Part shown: piece by piece, positions 1 through 9,938 of the stretch | How positions within the stretch are numbered: the stretch's first letter is position 1 | How the letters are laid out: each line of letters begins with the position of its first letter | From: Paracoccus sp. (in: a-proteobacteria) | GTDB lineage: Bacteria > Pseudomonadota > Alphaproteobacteria > Rhodobacterales > Rhodobacteraceae | Assembly: GCA_030538135.1 (NCBI GenBank) | Contig: JAUNUO010000002.1 | Coordinates: 1 to 63,041 of the forward strand | Reading direction: 5' to 3' | Length of the DNA: 63,041 bases | Position numbers and translations under genes: made by a program | Notes under the pieces: generated by a model | What the model saw: only the letters and a program-made list of their open reading frames with translations | Databases searched by the model: none | Told to the model about the DNA's origin: nothing

Positions 1-35
1 ATGATCGCCGCAGCAAGGAATGGATATCGTGACAT
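1..35 (-). CDS. 5' start of a gene running off the window (MSRYPFLAAAI..., signal-peptide-like)
   Basis: ATG at 35-33 on the minus strand, with a perfect GGAGGTGA RBS at 48-41. Confidence 0.5.
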   Translation of the reverse strand, partial: MSRYPFLAAAI

Positions 36-542
36 CTGATTCACCTCCGGGATTTGCGGGCCGACTTGACCAGTCCCCTGATTAGATGCGCTCCGGCGGG
101 AAAGGTTCGCAGCGCGAGGCAGTATTTTTACCCTGCCGGTTCGTTCAGGACTGCACTGCATCGCTGACCGGGTGGGTGAGATGGACGGCAGGCCGTCAAA
201 AGCCGGATGGCACCCGAGACGATCAGCCGGATCAAGCGCAACACCTGCGGGAAGGCCTATGCCGGACAAGAGGCCGGATCTAATCGGAAATGTCGGGCAA
301 ATCGGCAGTCGCGCCGTCCCTTGCCCTCGGGCGCGTCAGTGTCCGGAAGGTGAACGGTGTCTGCCCGAACCTGTCCCGGAACTGGCGCGAAGGTAGCGGA
401 CCGAAAAGCCGCATCCTTCAGCGACCGAAAGGGGGGTAAGCGAAGTGTCCGATATTCGCCACTTTATGAAAGCCCCGGCCCGGCGCGAGAGCGGCCCATG
501 CGTACCAGACTGCTGACCAAAGTCGAGCTTTCTGCCTGACGG

Positions 543-851
543 TCAAAGGTCACTGCCACCATAGGCCGGATCGTTATGCAGGATCAGGTCGCCTTCGTGG
601 ATGTCGCCTTCAAGGAATTTGGCGACGGATTTCATCGCGGGGATCAGACTGCCCAGATGAAACGGGATGTCCTGCCCTTGCAGGATCATTTCGGGCGTGC
701 TGTTGAACAGCGCCGTCGAATAATCATGCGCAAGGTTGAAAACCGAACTGCGCGCGGTCTGTTCCAGCGTCATTTCCCGCTGCGTGGTTTTCAGAACGCC
801 CCGGACCACGGACAGCGTGATCGGATCGACCTTTCGTTTCATCGCCAACAT
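543..851 (-). pseudogene. Hydantoinase B/oxoprolinase family, N-terminal fragment
   Basis: VDPITLSVVRGVL..QREM..TARSSVFNLAHDYSTALF..GDLILHNDPAYGGS; stops after ~100 aa, whereas the family is >500 aa. Confidence 0.8.
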
Positions 852-1125
852 TTTCTCCCCCTGTGATGCGCAGGGGCGGCATCCCCGCCGGCCCCCTCTC
901 CCAAGGTTGCACCCGCCCCGCATCGGCGAATGTTGCGATCACACCGGAGACCTTGTCTTGATCCACCGCGTTCGATTCCCTGTCTGGCAGTGCAGCCCGG
1001 CACCGGATACAAGGCCATGACGGAATGATCCGGCCGGCGGACGCTGACGACGGGTTGGGAAGCCCCACCTGACAGCACTTATATACCATAGCGACCCGGA
1101 CAGAATCAGAAGGAAATCCTGACCA

Positions 1126-1297
1126 TCACCTCGCCGAAGTCAGCCTGCGCATGGTCCGGTGGATGCGCCAGCCGCACGAACACTGCCTGACCCCGCCGTT
1201 CCAGCTCCCGGATGTGATCCTTGATGATCGAGGTAAGAAGATCGAGCTTTGGTGGCCTGATTTCGACCATCCAAGCGGTCCGGTTTTTGGAATCACA
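1126..1297 (-). mobile_element. IS21-family remnant (istA fragment plus terminal repeat)
   Basis: Minus strand reads IIKDHIRELERRGQAVFVRLAHPPDHAQADFGEV (IstA-like); end TGTGATTCCAAAAACCGGACC at 1297. Confidence 0.6.
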
Positions 1298-1479
1298 TCG
1301 GCAGCACCGAAGTGTAAAAAATTACACTTGCATTTCTTGCCACTGTTACATCTGTCAGCCGGCATCCTGAGTGTAAGCGACCCAAGCCAGTTCCCCGGTC
1401 TTGGGCGTCCCGAAAAGCTTGGGAAATAGTCCCCTTGTCAGCAGTGCAGGCATCCAGAAGTTCAGCTTATCCAGATGGA

Positions 1480-1685
1480 TGAGCGGATGACCACGGCGTG
1501 TGGTAGATCCCCTCGCGCTGGTGGTTGATGTTGCCCTTGATCTGGCACCCTTGGCGCGGGGATTTCGCGGTCAGCGGCGCCCCCAGCCAGTTCTTCTTCC
1601 GGAGCATGGACTTCGGTGAACTCGCGGAAGGCCCCAGCCAGACCCTCCGCGATCAGTTGTGCGCCAGGATCGACCCCGTCCGCCT
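1480..1685 (-). pseudogene. Thermonuclease (SNase/ExoI-like) remnant
   Basis: Frameshifted segments GVDPGAQLIAEGLAGAFREF and GCQIKGNINHQREGIYHTPWS. Confidence 0.55.
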
Positions 1686-1807
1686 CACATCACGCGATGG
1701 TGGGACTATATGATCCCGGTCCAGCGCAACACGAACGCCCCCCTGCCCTTCACCAATTCTGCCGGGCGGTCGATCCGCAATCCCCGCGAACCTCTCACAA
1801 GGTTTCG

Positions 1808-1833
1808 CGTCGCCGCCGGGCCTCGGCGGCGTC
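1808..1833 (-). terminator. GC hairpin downstream of the SBP gene
   Basis: cgccgccg-ggcct-cggcggcg inverted repeat just after the stop at 1842. Confidence 0.4.
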
Positions 1834-1841
1834 AATGCCTC

Positions 1842-2918
1842 TCAGCCACCCGCCAGCCAGGAGTTGAAGCGTTCCGTCAACTCGCCCTCGTGATCGACCC
1901 AGAAATCGTAGGACGAGGCCAGCGCGTTTTTCATGTTCTCGGGATTGGTCGGCATCTGCGGGGCCATTTCGGTTTTGCCGTCATAGTAAACACCGACCAG
2001 CGGCGCCGAGGATTTGCGGGCGGGGCCATAGCTGATCCAGCGCGCCTGATCGGCAAGCCGCTGGGTGTCGGTGGCAAACTTGATGAACTCGAGCGCGGCA
2101 TCGGGGTTGGGGGCGCCCTTGGGGATGGCGAACAGGTTGTATTCATAAACCTGCCCGTCCCAGACGATGTGGAACGGCTTGTCCTCGGCCACGGCGGCGT
2201 TGAAGATCCGGCCGTTATAGGCGGCGGTCATCACCACCTCGCCATCGGCCAGCAGTTGCGGGGCCTGTGCGCCCGATTCCCACCAGACGATATCGCCGCG
2301 GATACTGTCCAGTTTGGCGAAGGCGCGGTCCACGCCTTCGTCCGTGGCCAGCACCTCATAGACCTGCGATGCCGGCACGCCATCGCCCATCAGCGCCATT
2401 TCCAGCATGGCCTTGGGCACCCGCTTCAGCCCGCGCCGGCCGGGGAATTTCGCGGTATCCAAAAAATCCGCGATGGTCTGTGGCTTCTCGCCGGGGAATT
2501 TCATCTCGTCATAGGCGAAGATGGTCGAAAAGACGATCGAGCCCACCGCGCAATCGCTCAGCCCCTGCGGGAGGAAATCCTCGGTTGCAGGGGTGCCGTC
2601 TGGGGCGGGCGGCAGGGCGGCGGGGTCGATCTCTTCCAGCGCGCCTTCGTCGCACAGGCGGATCGCGTCGGCATATTCGATATCCACCACGTCCGCCGTG
2701 ACGTTGCCCGCCTCGACCTGCGCCTTGGCGGGGACGGCGGGGTTGTCGCTGTCAACCGCGACGATGTTGATGCCGGTCTGGGCCGTGAAGGGCTTGTAAT
2801 AAGCCTCGACCTGGCTGCGACTATAGGTGCCGCCCCAGGAAATGATGGTGATGCTTTCGGCGTGACCGGCCGCCGCAGCGAAGGTCAGGGCCGTGCCGAG
2901 TGCAAGGCATTTCCTCAT
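1842..2918 (-). CDS. ABC transporter substrate-binding protein (PotD/polyamine-like family), possibly creatine-binding
   Basis: Signal peptide MRKCLALGTALTFAAAAGHA, SWGGTYSRSQ, WWESGAQAPQLLADGEV; RBS AGGGAGG; co-oriented with creatinase. Confidence 0.85.
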   Translation of the reverse strand: MRKCLALGTALTFAAAAGHAESITIISWGGTYSRSQVEAYYKPFTAQTGINIVAVDSDNPAVPAKAQVEAGNVTADVVDIEYADAIRLCDEGALEEIDPAALPPAPDGTPATEDFLPQGLSDCAVGSIVFSTIFAYDEMKFPGEKPQTIADFLDTAKFPGRRGLKRVPKAMLEMALMGDGVPASQVYEVLATDEGVDRAFAKLDSIRGDIVWWESGAQAPQLLADGEVVMTAAYNGRIFNAAVAEDKPFHIVWDGQVYEYNLFAIPKGAPNPDAALEFIKFATDTQRLADQARWISYGPARKSSAPLVGVYYDGKTEMAPQMPTNPENMKNALASSYDFWVDHEGELTERFNSWLAGG

Positions 2919-3004
2919 GGTTTCCTCCCTTGTTGGTTTGCGGTTTGCTGACGGCCCCTCGTGCGGGGCCGTCGGGCCTCGTGCGCGGGATGGGAACCGG
3001 TCGG

Positions 3005-4219
3005 TCAGGCCGACTTCACGATCAGGTGGTCGGGCCCATAGGGAAAACCGGTGATGTTGCGATTGCCGCCTTCCTCGATGACCAGAATATCGTGTTCGCG
3101 ATAGCCGCCGGCACCGGGCAGGTGGTCGGGGATGGTGATCATGGGTTCCATCGACACGACCATGCCGGGTTCCAGAACGGTGTCGCAATCCTCGCGCAGT
3201 TCCAGCCCGGCCTCCCGGCCGTAATAATGGCACAGCACGCCGAAGCTGTGACCATAGCCAAAGCTGCGGTATTGCAGCAGCCCGTGGCCGGCATAGATCT
3301 CGTTCAGTTCGCGCGCGATGTCCGAACAGCGATTGCCCGGCACCAGCAGTTCCTTTCCGCGGTCATGGACCTGACAGTTGATGTCCCACAGGCGCAGATG
3401 CTCGTCGCTGGCTTCTTCCGCGAACAGGGTGCGTTCCAGGGCGACATAATAGCCGGCAACCATCGGGAAACAGTTCAGCGACAGGATGTCGCCCCGTTCG
3501 ATCCGGCGCGAGGTGACGGGGTTGTGGGCGCCGTCGGTGTTGATGCCCGACTGGAACCAGGTCCAGGTATCCAGCAGTTCGCCATCGGGCCAGACGCGCG
3601 CGATCTCGCGCACCATGGCGGCGGTCGAATGCAGCGCGACCTCATGTTCGGGGACGCCGACGGCGATCGCCTCGACGCAGGCCGCGCCGCCCAGATCGGC
3701 GATGGCGGTCATCTTGGTGATATGGGCGATCTCTTCGGGTGACTTGATCATCCGCAGCCGCATCGCGGGGGCGGCGATATCGACGAATTCCACGTCGGGG
3801 AATTCGGATCTCAACAGCGTCAGAAGGTCGATGTTCACATGGTCGAACTCGATCCCGATGCGCCGCGCGGTGCCGGTCAACTGCCGCAATGCGTGGAAAT
3901 AATTGTCCTTTTGCCAGTCGGTATAGGTGATGTTGCCACCAAAGCTGCGCCGCCACGGCTGGCCGCCGTCGATACCCGCACTGATCGTCGTAGCCTTGTC
4001 GTGGTCGATCACAAGCCCATAGCGCCGCCCGAACTGGCAATACAGGAAATCGGCGTAATAGTTGATGTTGTGGTAAGACGTGAACAACGCCGCGTCGATC
4101 CCCGCCCCCGCCATATGGGCGCGGACCGCATCTTGCCGGCGCTGCATCTCTGCCGCGGAAAAGGTGGGCACCGCCTTCTGGCCGTTGCCGACATAATTCT
4201 GAAGCCGTTCTCGTTCCAT
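3005..4219 (-). CDS. Creatinase (creatine amidinohydrolase, M24 fold)
   Basis: NGQKAVPTFS, FTSYHNINYYADFLYC, WFQSGINTDGAHNPVT, HYYGREAGLELRED, GAGGYREHD match known creatinases; 404 aa. Confidence 0.93.
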   Translation of the reverse strand: MERERLQNYVGNGQKAVPTFSAAEMQRRQDAVRAHMAGAGIDAALFTSYHNINYYADFLYCQFGRRYGLVIDHDKATTISAGIDGGQPWRRSFGGNITYTDWQKDNYFHALRQLTGTARRIGIEFDHVNIDLLTLLRSEFPDVEFVDIAAPAMRLRMIKSPEEIAHITKMTAIADLGGAACVEAIAVGVPEHEVALHSTAAMVREIARVWPDGELLDTWTWFQSGINTDGAHNPVTSRRIERGDILSLNCFPMVAGYYVALERTLFAEEASDEHLRLWDINCQVHDRGKELLVPGNRCSDIARELNEIYAGHGLLQYRSFGYGHSFGVLCHYYGREAGLELREDCDTVLEPGMVVSMEPMITIPDHLPGAGGYREHDILVIEEGGNRNITGFPYGPDHLIVKSA

Positions 4220-4322
4220 GCCCAGTCCTCTGTGAATGATGCAGGGGAATGGTCGATCCTTCCCGGTCTCTTGTCAAAAGACCCTTTCTCATATCAGGAT
4301 GAGGAAAACTCATGGGGTGGCA

Positions 4323-5228
4323 ATGGCCGACCTTCCCTCGCTGAATGCCCTGCGCGCGTTCGAGGCGGTGGTGCGCACCGGTTCATTCCGGGCGGCGGCG
4401 GAATCTCTGTTCGTGACGCAAAGCGCGGTGAGCCATCAGATCAAACAGCTCGAGGAATGGTTCGGCACGCCCCTTTTTGCGCGCGAGGGAAACCGCACGC
4501 AGCCGCTGCCTCATGCAAAGGAGCTGGCCCGCGCCCTGTCGCTGTCTTTTGCAGAGATGAAATCAGCCTGCCATCGGGTGCGAAACCACAAAATTTCTCA
4601 ACCTCTTGAGGTTGCAGCCATCCCGTCCGTCGCGGTGTGCTGGCTGATCCCGCGATTGGCGCGGTTCCGCACCCTGCATCCCGATATCGACATCCGCATC
4701 ATCTATGCAATCCACGGCCGGGACGTCACCTTCCGCGATGCCGACTTCGCCTTTGTCTTTTCCCGCGGCCGGCCCACCGTCCCCGACATGGAGGTCAAAC
4801 CCTTCCTGCCCGGCGATTCCGTGCCGGTGTGCAGCCCGCTGCTGGCCATCCGTCGCGCACCCGGCGATCCCGCGCAGACAATTCCCGCGCTGGGGCTTTT
4901 GCACGACACCGATCTGTCGGGCTGGCAGGCATGGCTGACCCTTGCTGGCGCTGCCGACTGCCAGACGCCCCCCGGCCCGGTGTTCGAGGATTTCAACCTT
5001 CTCCGCGCCGCCGTGCTTTCCGGGCAGGGCGTCGCCCTTTGCCCAATGTCCATGATCCGTCCCGACCTCGAGGCCGGGCACCTTGTCTGCCTGTCCGAAC
5101 TCACCGTCATTTCCGAATGGGGGTATTTCCTGCTGCAAAAACCCGCCGCGGAACAGAATGAGAAATCCCGTGCTTTCGGCGAATGGATCATGGCTGAACG
5201 GGATCGCAGCAACGGACCTGCCCCCTGA
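4323..5228 (+). CDS. LysR family regulator (GcvA-like), divergent from creatinase
   Basis: LPSLNALRAFEAVVRTGSF..AAESLFVTQSAVSHQIKQLE. Confidence 0.92.
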   Translation: MADLPSLNALRAFEAVVRTGSFRAAAESLFVTQSAVSHQIKQLEEWFGTPLFAREGNRTQPLPHAKELARALSLSFAEMKSACHRVRNHKISQPLEVAAIPSVAVCWLIPRLARFRTLHPDIDIRIIYAIHGRDVTFRDADFAFVFSRGRPTVPDMEVKPFLPGDSVPVCSPLLAIRRAPGDPAQTIPALGLLHDTDLSGWQAWLTLAGAADCQTPPGPVFEDFNLLRAAVLSGQGVALCPMSMIRPDLEAGHLVCLSELTVISEWGYFLLQKPAAEQNEKSRAFGEWIMAERDRSNGPAP

Positions 5229-5409
5229 AAGCGGTCTTGCGCGGGTTCCGTCGCAAACTTACCCGCAGGCTGATCGGGGCCGCCCGGCAAACCCGGCACG
5301 GTTCACGCGTCGCGCGGCGTCGTCGGCCGCCAGCCCCGGCTGGCCAGTTCCAGCCCGATCGCCGCGCCAATCCCCCGCGACGCGCCAAGGATCATCGCCG
5401 CCCGGTCGG

Positions 5410-5907
5410 TCATGGCCTTGTCTCGTGCAGATGGACATAGGTACGGCGCAGGATGTCCAGCAACCGGTCGTGGTCCTGCGGCGGCAGGAAGGAAAAGAAT
5501 GCCGCGGACTGTCGGGTGATGATCTCGCGGATGCGCGCCGCCATCGCGATCCCTGCATCCGTCAGCGTCAGATCCAGCGCGCGGTTGTCCACGAAAGACA
5601 TTTCACGCCGCACAAGGCCGGCCTGCTGGAACCCGTCGAGGATACGGGCGATGACCGATCTGTTCAGCATGGTGACATCCGCGATGACCGAGGCGCGAAT
5701 GCCCGGATGCTGCGCAATCAGCAGAAGGACCGGGATCTTTCCCTTGCCCCGGACGATATCGAAATTTTCCAGATGCTCGTTCAGATCGCGCGACAGGTGC
5801 AGTTCGATGACCCGGAAATACCAGCTGAGCATCCCGCCCAGGATACCCAGATCAACCGGCAATCCGTCGGCATCAGGTTCGGCCTGATCTTCCGCCTGCA
5901 TGCGCAT
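5410..5907 (-). CDS. MarR family regulator
   Basis: LLIAQHPGIRASVIAD..LNRSVIARILDGFQQAGLVRRE..DNRALDLTLTDAG; start uncertain. Confidence 0.85.
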   Translation of the reverse strand: MRMQAEDQAEPDADGLPVDLGILGGMLSWYFRVIELHLSRDLNEHLENFDIVRGKGKIPVLLLIAQHPGIRASVIADVTMLNRSVIARILDGFQQAGLVRREMSFVDNRALDLTLTDAGIAMAARIREIITRQSAAFFSFLPPQDHDRLLDILRRTYVHLHETRP

Positions 5908-5948
5908 CACCTGTCCCGTTCTGAAGTGACCAGACGGAAACACAGATT

Positions 5949-5963
5949 GTTGACAGTATCAAC
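5949..5963. promoter_or_regulatory. Putative MarR operator palindrome
   Basis: GTTGA-cagta-TCAAC between divergent marR and the oxidoreductase gene. Confidence 0.5.
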
Positions 5964-6042
5964 TGATTCGTTGAAACCTTTCACCTGTTGATAGAACTGC
6001 CCCCTGTTCCGGCAGGGGTGCCCGAACGACGGGAATCTGCCC

Positions 6043-7338
6043 ATGCCGCACGCTGTCGTCATCGGTGCCGGAATCATCGGCTGCTCCATCGCCTGCGAAC
6101 TGGCCCGCGCCGGCTGGCAGGTCACCGTCACCGACAAGGGACCCGAGGCTGGATATGGCTCGACCTCGAATTCCTCGGCGGTGATCCGCACCTATTACTC
6201 GGTCTATGAATCCTGTGCGCTGGCTTATGAAGGATGGGCGCATTGGCGGGACTGGGCTGGCCATCTGGGGCTGGCGGACGGCCGCCCTCTGGCGCGTTAT
6301 GTCGAGACCGGCTGTCTGGTGGTGAAGGCAGATTCCAACGGCCATCTGGCGAATGTCTGCGCGATGATGGACCGCATCGGCTGCCCCTATCGTCATGTCA
6401 CGGCGCAGGAAATCCTGGATTACCTGCCCGGCGCCGATCTCAGCCGCTATGCTCCGGCGAAACGCCCCGACGATCCGGCATTCTGCGAACCGACCGGGGG
6501 CGCCATCGCGGGCGGCGTTTTCTTTCCACAGGGCGGTTATGTCAACGACCCGAAACTGGCCGCGCAGAACCTGCAATGGGCGGCCGAGGCCGCGGGGGCG
6601 CGCTTTCTGTTCCATGCCCAGGTGGCCGGTCTGATCCGTGAAACTGGCCGCGCGGCGGGTGTGGTGTTGCAGGATGGCCGCCGTATCGCGGCGGATATCG
6701 TCGTCAACGCGGGCGGCCCCTGGTCCTCGGGGTTGAACCGGATGGCGGGGGTGACCGACGGGATGCGCATCTCCACCCGCCCCAACCGGCAGGAGGTCGC
6801 CTATATCCCCGGCCCCCGCAACATGGACTTCGCGCGCGACGGGCTGGTGTTCTCCGACGGCGATACCGAGGTTTATGGCCGTCCCGATCCGATCGGCATC
6901 TGCATCGGCTCGGCCGATCCGCAATGCGATCCGCGCGAATGGGTAGAGAACCCCGACGCGCTCGACACCCGCTTTACGGATGCATGGACGGTGAACGTCA
7001 TGCGGATGGCGCAGCGCCTGCCGGAGATGGCGATTCCCGGCCAGGCGACCGGGGTGGTGGCGCTGTATGACGTGTCGGACGATTGGCTGCCGATCTATGA
7101 CACGTCGGACCTGCCCGGCTTTTACATGGCCTGCGGCACCAGCGGCAACCAGTTCAAGAACGCCCCCGTGGTGGGCAAGCTGATGACGCATCTCATCACC
7201 CGGTGCGAGAGCGGCCACGACCACGATGCCGACCCCATCGTCTTTCCATTGGAGCGGATCGGGCGCGAAATATCGCTGGCCACCTATTCGCGCAAGCGAC
7301 AGATAAACGCCGACTCCAGCTTCTCGGTGATGGGTTAA
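6043..7338 (+). CDS. FAD-dependent oxidoreductase (DAO/sarcosine oxidase-like family)
   Basis: VVIGAGIIG FAD motif, GSTSNSSAVIR, VVNAGGPWS, GTSGNQFKNAPVVG. Confidence 0.85.
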   Translation: MPHAVVIGAGIIGCSIACELARAGWQVTVTDKGPEAGYGSTSNSSAVIRTYYSVYESCALAYEGWAHWRDWAGHLGLADGRPLARYVETGCLVVKADSNGHLANVCAMMDRIGCPYRHVTAQEILDYLPGADLSRYAPAKRPDDPAFCEPTGGAIAGGVFFPQGGYVNDPKLAAQNLQWAAEAAGARFLFHAQVAGLIRETGRAAGVVLQDGRRIAADIVVNAGGPWSSGLNRMAGVTDGMRISTRPNRQEVAYIPGPRNMDFARDGLVFSDGDTEVYGRPDPIGICIGSADPQCDPREWVENPDALDTRFTDAWTVNVMRMAQRLPEMAIPGQATGVVALYDVSDDWLPIYDTSDLPGFYMACGTSGNQFKNAPVVGKLMTHLITRCESGHDHDADPIVFPLERIGREISLATYSRKRQINADSSFSVMG

Positions 7339-7491
7339 ACGTCCTCGCGTCCAGCGGTTCAGCAGAGCCTTGGAATCAGTCTTGGGCCATTGAATGCGGT
7401 TTTCACGTCCGAGTCAGGACAACGTTCCGCGCAGCCATGTATAAGCCTTCATACCGTTGGTAATATACGCCAACAGTGGCCGGCAGACCCC

Positions 7492-8175
7492 TTATCCGCC
7501 GGTAACCACCAGCCGGACCCCCGTTACCGTCGCATCGACCCGCCGCGCCGCCATCCGCAAGCGGTCGAGCAGGTGACCGGTAACATAGGCCGCATGGAAT
7601 CGCGAAGGTGCACGCAGCGTCAGGCAGCCATCCTCGATACCAGCTTCTGAAAGACTGGCGAACCAAGCCGAATAGGTCTGCGCATCTTCCTCGGCCAGGC
7701 GGCGGGCGATAACGGCCCACAGACCTTCGCCCTGAACGGCCGGGCGCCGGAACGGCACCACGGTAGGCGATTCCTCCGCCCTGCCCTGCCCGCCCATCCG
7801 TTCGACGAAGTCCGGGCCAACGTTCGCCCATGCACCCCGCGTATCCAGATGAACCCGTTCCAGCGAGATGCCGTGAACGGCCACCCTGCCCCGCGCCCCC
7901 GCCCGCTTCAGCTCCAGCCAGCCGAGGTCGCGCAGCCGCGCCATTTCCCGTTTGACGGTGCGTTCATCGACAGACCACAGGCGCGCAATCTCGGCTTGGC
8001 CGATCGCCAGTTCGTTCCGTTGCCAGTTGTAGCGGGTCGTTATCAGCGCCATGAAGCGCAACACCAGCCGTTGCCGATGCTTGTCACCGGCCAGCGCATG
8101 GGCCATCAGCGCCGACAGGATATCATATTTCTTCGCCGCAGCGTCGCGGCCGACGGGACGGATCACCTGCATCAC
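7492..8175 (-). CDS. DnaA-like plasmid replication initiator (Rhodobacterales type)
   Basis: KKYDILSAL..RYNWQRNELAIGQAEIARLWSVDERTVKRE HTH; C-terminal DnaA_N-like YSAWF..LRAPSRFHAAYV; divergent from parAB. Confidence 0.8.
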   Translation of the reverse strand: MMQVIRPVGRDAAAKKYDILSALMAHALAGDKHRQRLVLRFMALITTRYNWQRNELAIGQAEIARLWSVDERTVKREMARLRDLGWLELKRAGARGRVAVHGISLERVHLDTRGAWANVGPDFVERMGGQGRAEESPTVVPFRRPAVQGEGLWAVIARRLAEEDAQTYSAWFASLSEAGIEDGCLTLRAPSRFHAAYVTGHLLDRLRMAARRVDATVTGVRLVVTGG

Positions 8176-8370
8176 TGCTCCTGCGCGCCGGTTGTCCGGC
8201 TGATCTTGCCGCGATGGCGGCGCCTCGGGACGGTTGTGCGTCTGGTTCTTTTCGCAACGCTTTTCGCCGCCTTATCCGCATTAGCGTTGACCGCCTCGAT
8301 TCTGTCAAGCCTGTTGTGAAACTGTCCTCGATCCCGTCCTGATCCAGGAAGGAAAATCGGTATCAAAGGT

Positions 8371-8455
8371 ATTAGGGGACGTTCTGAATGTCACCTGAAA
8401 AGGCACGGATGTCCCCCAATCCGTTGTGGAATGGCCTAGGTCTGTCCCCCAATCC
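8371..8455. repeat. Iteron-like repeats, candidate oriV or replicase operator
   Basis: TGTCCCCCAATCC at 8410-8422 and 8443-8455, inverted variant ATTAGGGGAC at 8371-8380. Confidence 0.5.
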
Positions 8456-8633
8456 TGGGGCCGCCTTTCCCCTGCCCCGCCGCGAAATCCGATCAACCGA
8501 TTCGCGCCCCGGCAACGAAAATTCGCCCAATTCCCGCATTTCCCGTTCCAGTGAAATACGCTTTTGCCATGAAGGCAAATTCGGCGTAGATTGCGGATCG
8601 AACGGAATTTGCGTCCCCATGAACAGGCACAAC

Positions 8634-9938
8634 ATGTATACGCACGAAGATTTGGCCCGGCTACAGGCGACCTCGCTCAAGATGCAGGGGTGGATTCGCA
8701 AGCAGACCTTCAGCCCCGCCAATGAAAAGACCCTGCGGCGCTTTTCGTCGTGGGAGGTGTCGGAACTGATCTTCCGCATGAATCAGTCCACCTTCCGCGG
8801 CAAGCTGGCCGCCGATCCGAACCTTCCCGGCGGGGAAGTCGAGGAGGACGGCCGCCAGCGCTGGTTCAGCCTTGAGGAGGTGAACGAACTGCGCCGCCGC
8901 CTGCGCATGGGCAAGCGCAGCCTGATGCCGCCGCGTCCGGCGGGCAAGCGCGCCTTCCGCGCCGCCGTGGCCAACTTCAAGGGTGGTGCGGGGAAATCGA
9001 CCGTCGCGCTGCACTTTGCCCATGCCGCCGCGCTGGACGGCTATCGCATTCTGGTGGTGGACTTTGATCCGCAGGCGACGCTGACCCATTCGATGGGGCT
9101 CAACGACGTAAGCGAAGATACGACCGTCTGGGGCATCATGGCTCGCGATCTGGAGCGGGAAACCGAACGGATGAACTCGGCCGCCGCGGGGGCGGAAAGC
9201 GGGACCGCCCTGCCCCGCCGCAAGCTGCCGACCTCGATCCTTTCGATGGGCCTTGGCGCGCTGCGGACCCAGGACTTCATCCGCCAGACCGCCTGGCCGA
9301 CCATCGACATCGTGCCGTCCTGCGCCAACGCGGCTTTCGTCGAATTCGCCTCGGCCCAGTATCGGCACCTGAACCCGGAATGGACCTTCTTTGGCGCCGT
9401 GTCGCGGTTCCTGGACGCCTTGCCCGATGATGCCTATGACCTGATCCTGTTCGACTGCCCGCCCGCCATCGGTTATCAGTCGATGAATGCGGTCTTTGCG
9501 GCCGACATGCTTTATATTCCTTCCGGTCCCGGCTACTGGGAATACGACAGCACCACCAGTTTTATCGGGCAGTTGGCCGAGGCGCTTGGGGATCTGGCCC
9601 ACGGGTTCGAAGCCTTCCCCACGGGGAAGATCGCCCTGCCCAAGGCCTTTGCCGACATCCGCTTTCTGATGACGCGGTTCGAACCTTCGAACGAGTTGCA
9701 TCAGGCGATGCTGGGCGCCTTTAGTCAGGTTTTTGGCGACCGTATGGCGCAGCACCCGATCGAACTGACCCGCGCGGTCGAACAATCCGGCCGCTTTCTG
9801 TCCTCGGTCTATGAGATCGACTATCGCGAGATGACCCGCGGCACCTGGCGGCGGGCGCGGGCGACCTTCGATCAGGCCTATGAGGAATTCAAAACCCACG
9901 CCCTTGCCGCCTGGGATCGACTGGAGGATGCAGCATGA
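8634..9938 (+). CDS. parA: Plasmid partition ATPase ParA with N-terminal HTH
   Basis: ANFKGGAGKST deviant Walker A, VDFDPQA, FDCPPAIG. Confidence 0.93.
   Translation: MYTHEDLARLQATSLKMQGWIRKQTFSPANEKTLRRFSSWEVSELIFRMNQSTFRGKLAADPNLPGGEVEEDGRQRWFSLEEVNELRRRLRMGKRSLMPPRPAGKRAFRAAVANFKGGAGKSTVALHFAHAAALDGYRILVVDFDPQATLTHSMGLNDVSEDTTVWGIMARDLERETERMNSAAAGAESGTALPRRKLPTSILSMGLGALRTQDFIRQTAWPTIDIVPSCANAAFVEFASAQYRHLNPEWTFFGAVSRFLDALPDDAYDLILFDCPPAIGYQSMNAVFAADMLYIPSGPGYWEYDSTTSFIGQLAEALGDLAHGFEAFPTGKIALPKAFADIRFLMTRFEPSNELHQAMLGAFSQVFGDRMAQHPIELTRAVEQSGRFLSSVYEIDYREMTRGTWRRARATFDQAYEEFKTHALAAWDRLEDAA
8823..8838. promoter_or_regulatory. parS-like palindrome copy 1 (inside parA, one mismatch)
   Basis: CTTCCCGGCGGGGAAG. 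Confidence 0.5.
9614..9629. promoter_or_regulatory. parS-like palindrome copy 2 (inside parA)
   Basis: CTTCCCCACGGGGAAG. Confidence 0.65.

Noticed and set aside
1659-2951. 430-aa plus-strand ORF (and similar long shadow ORFs at 51826-54177, 8661-9899, 5959-7224, 11239-12474)
   Set aside because: Antisense shadows of well-supported genes, expected from GC-rich codon bias
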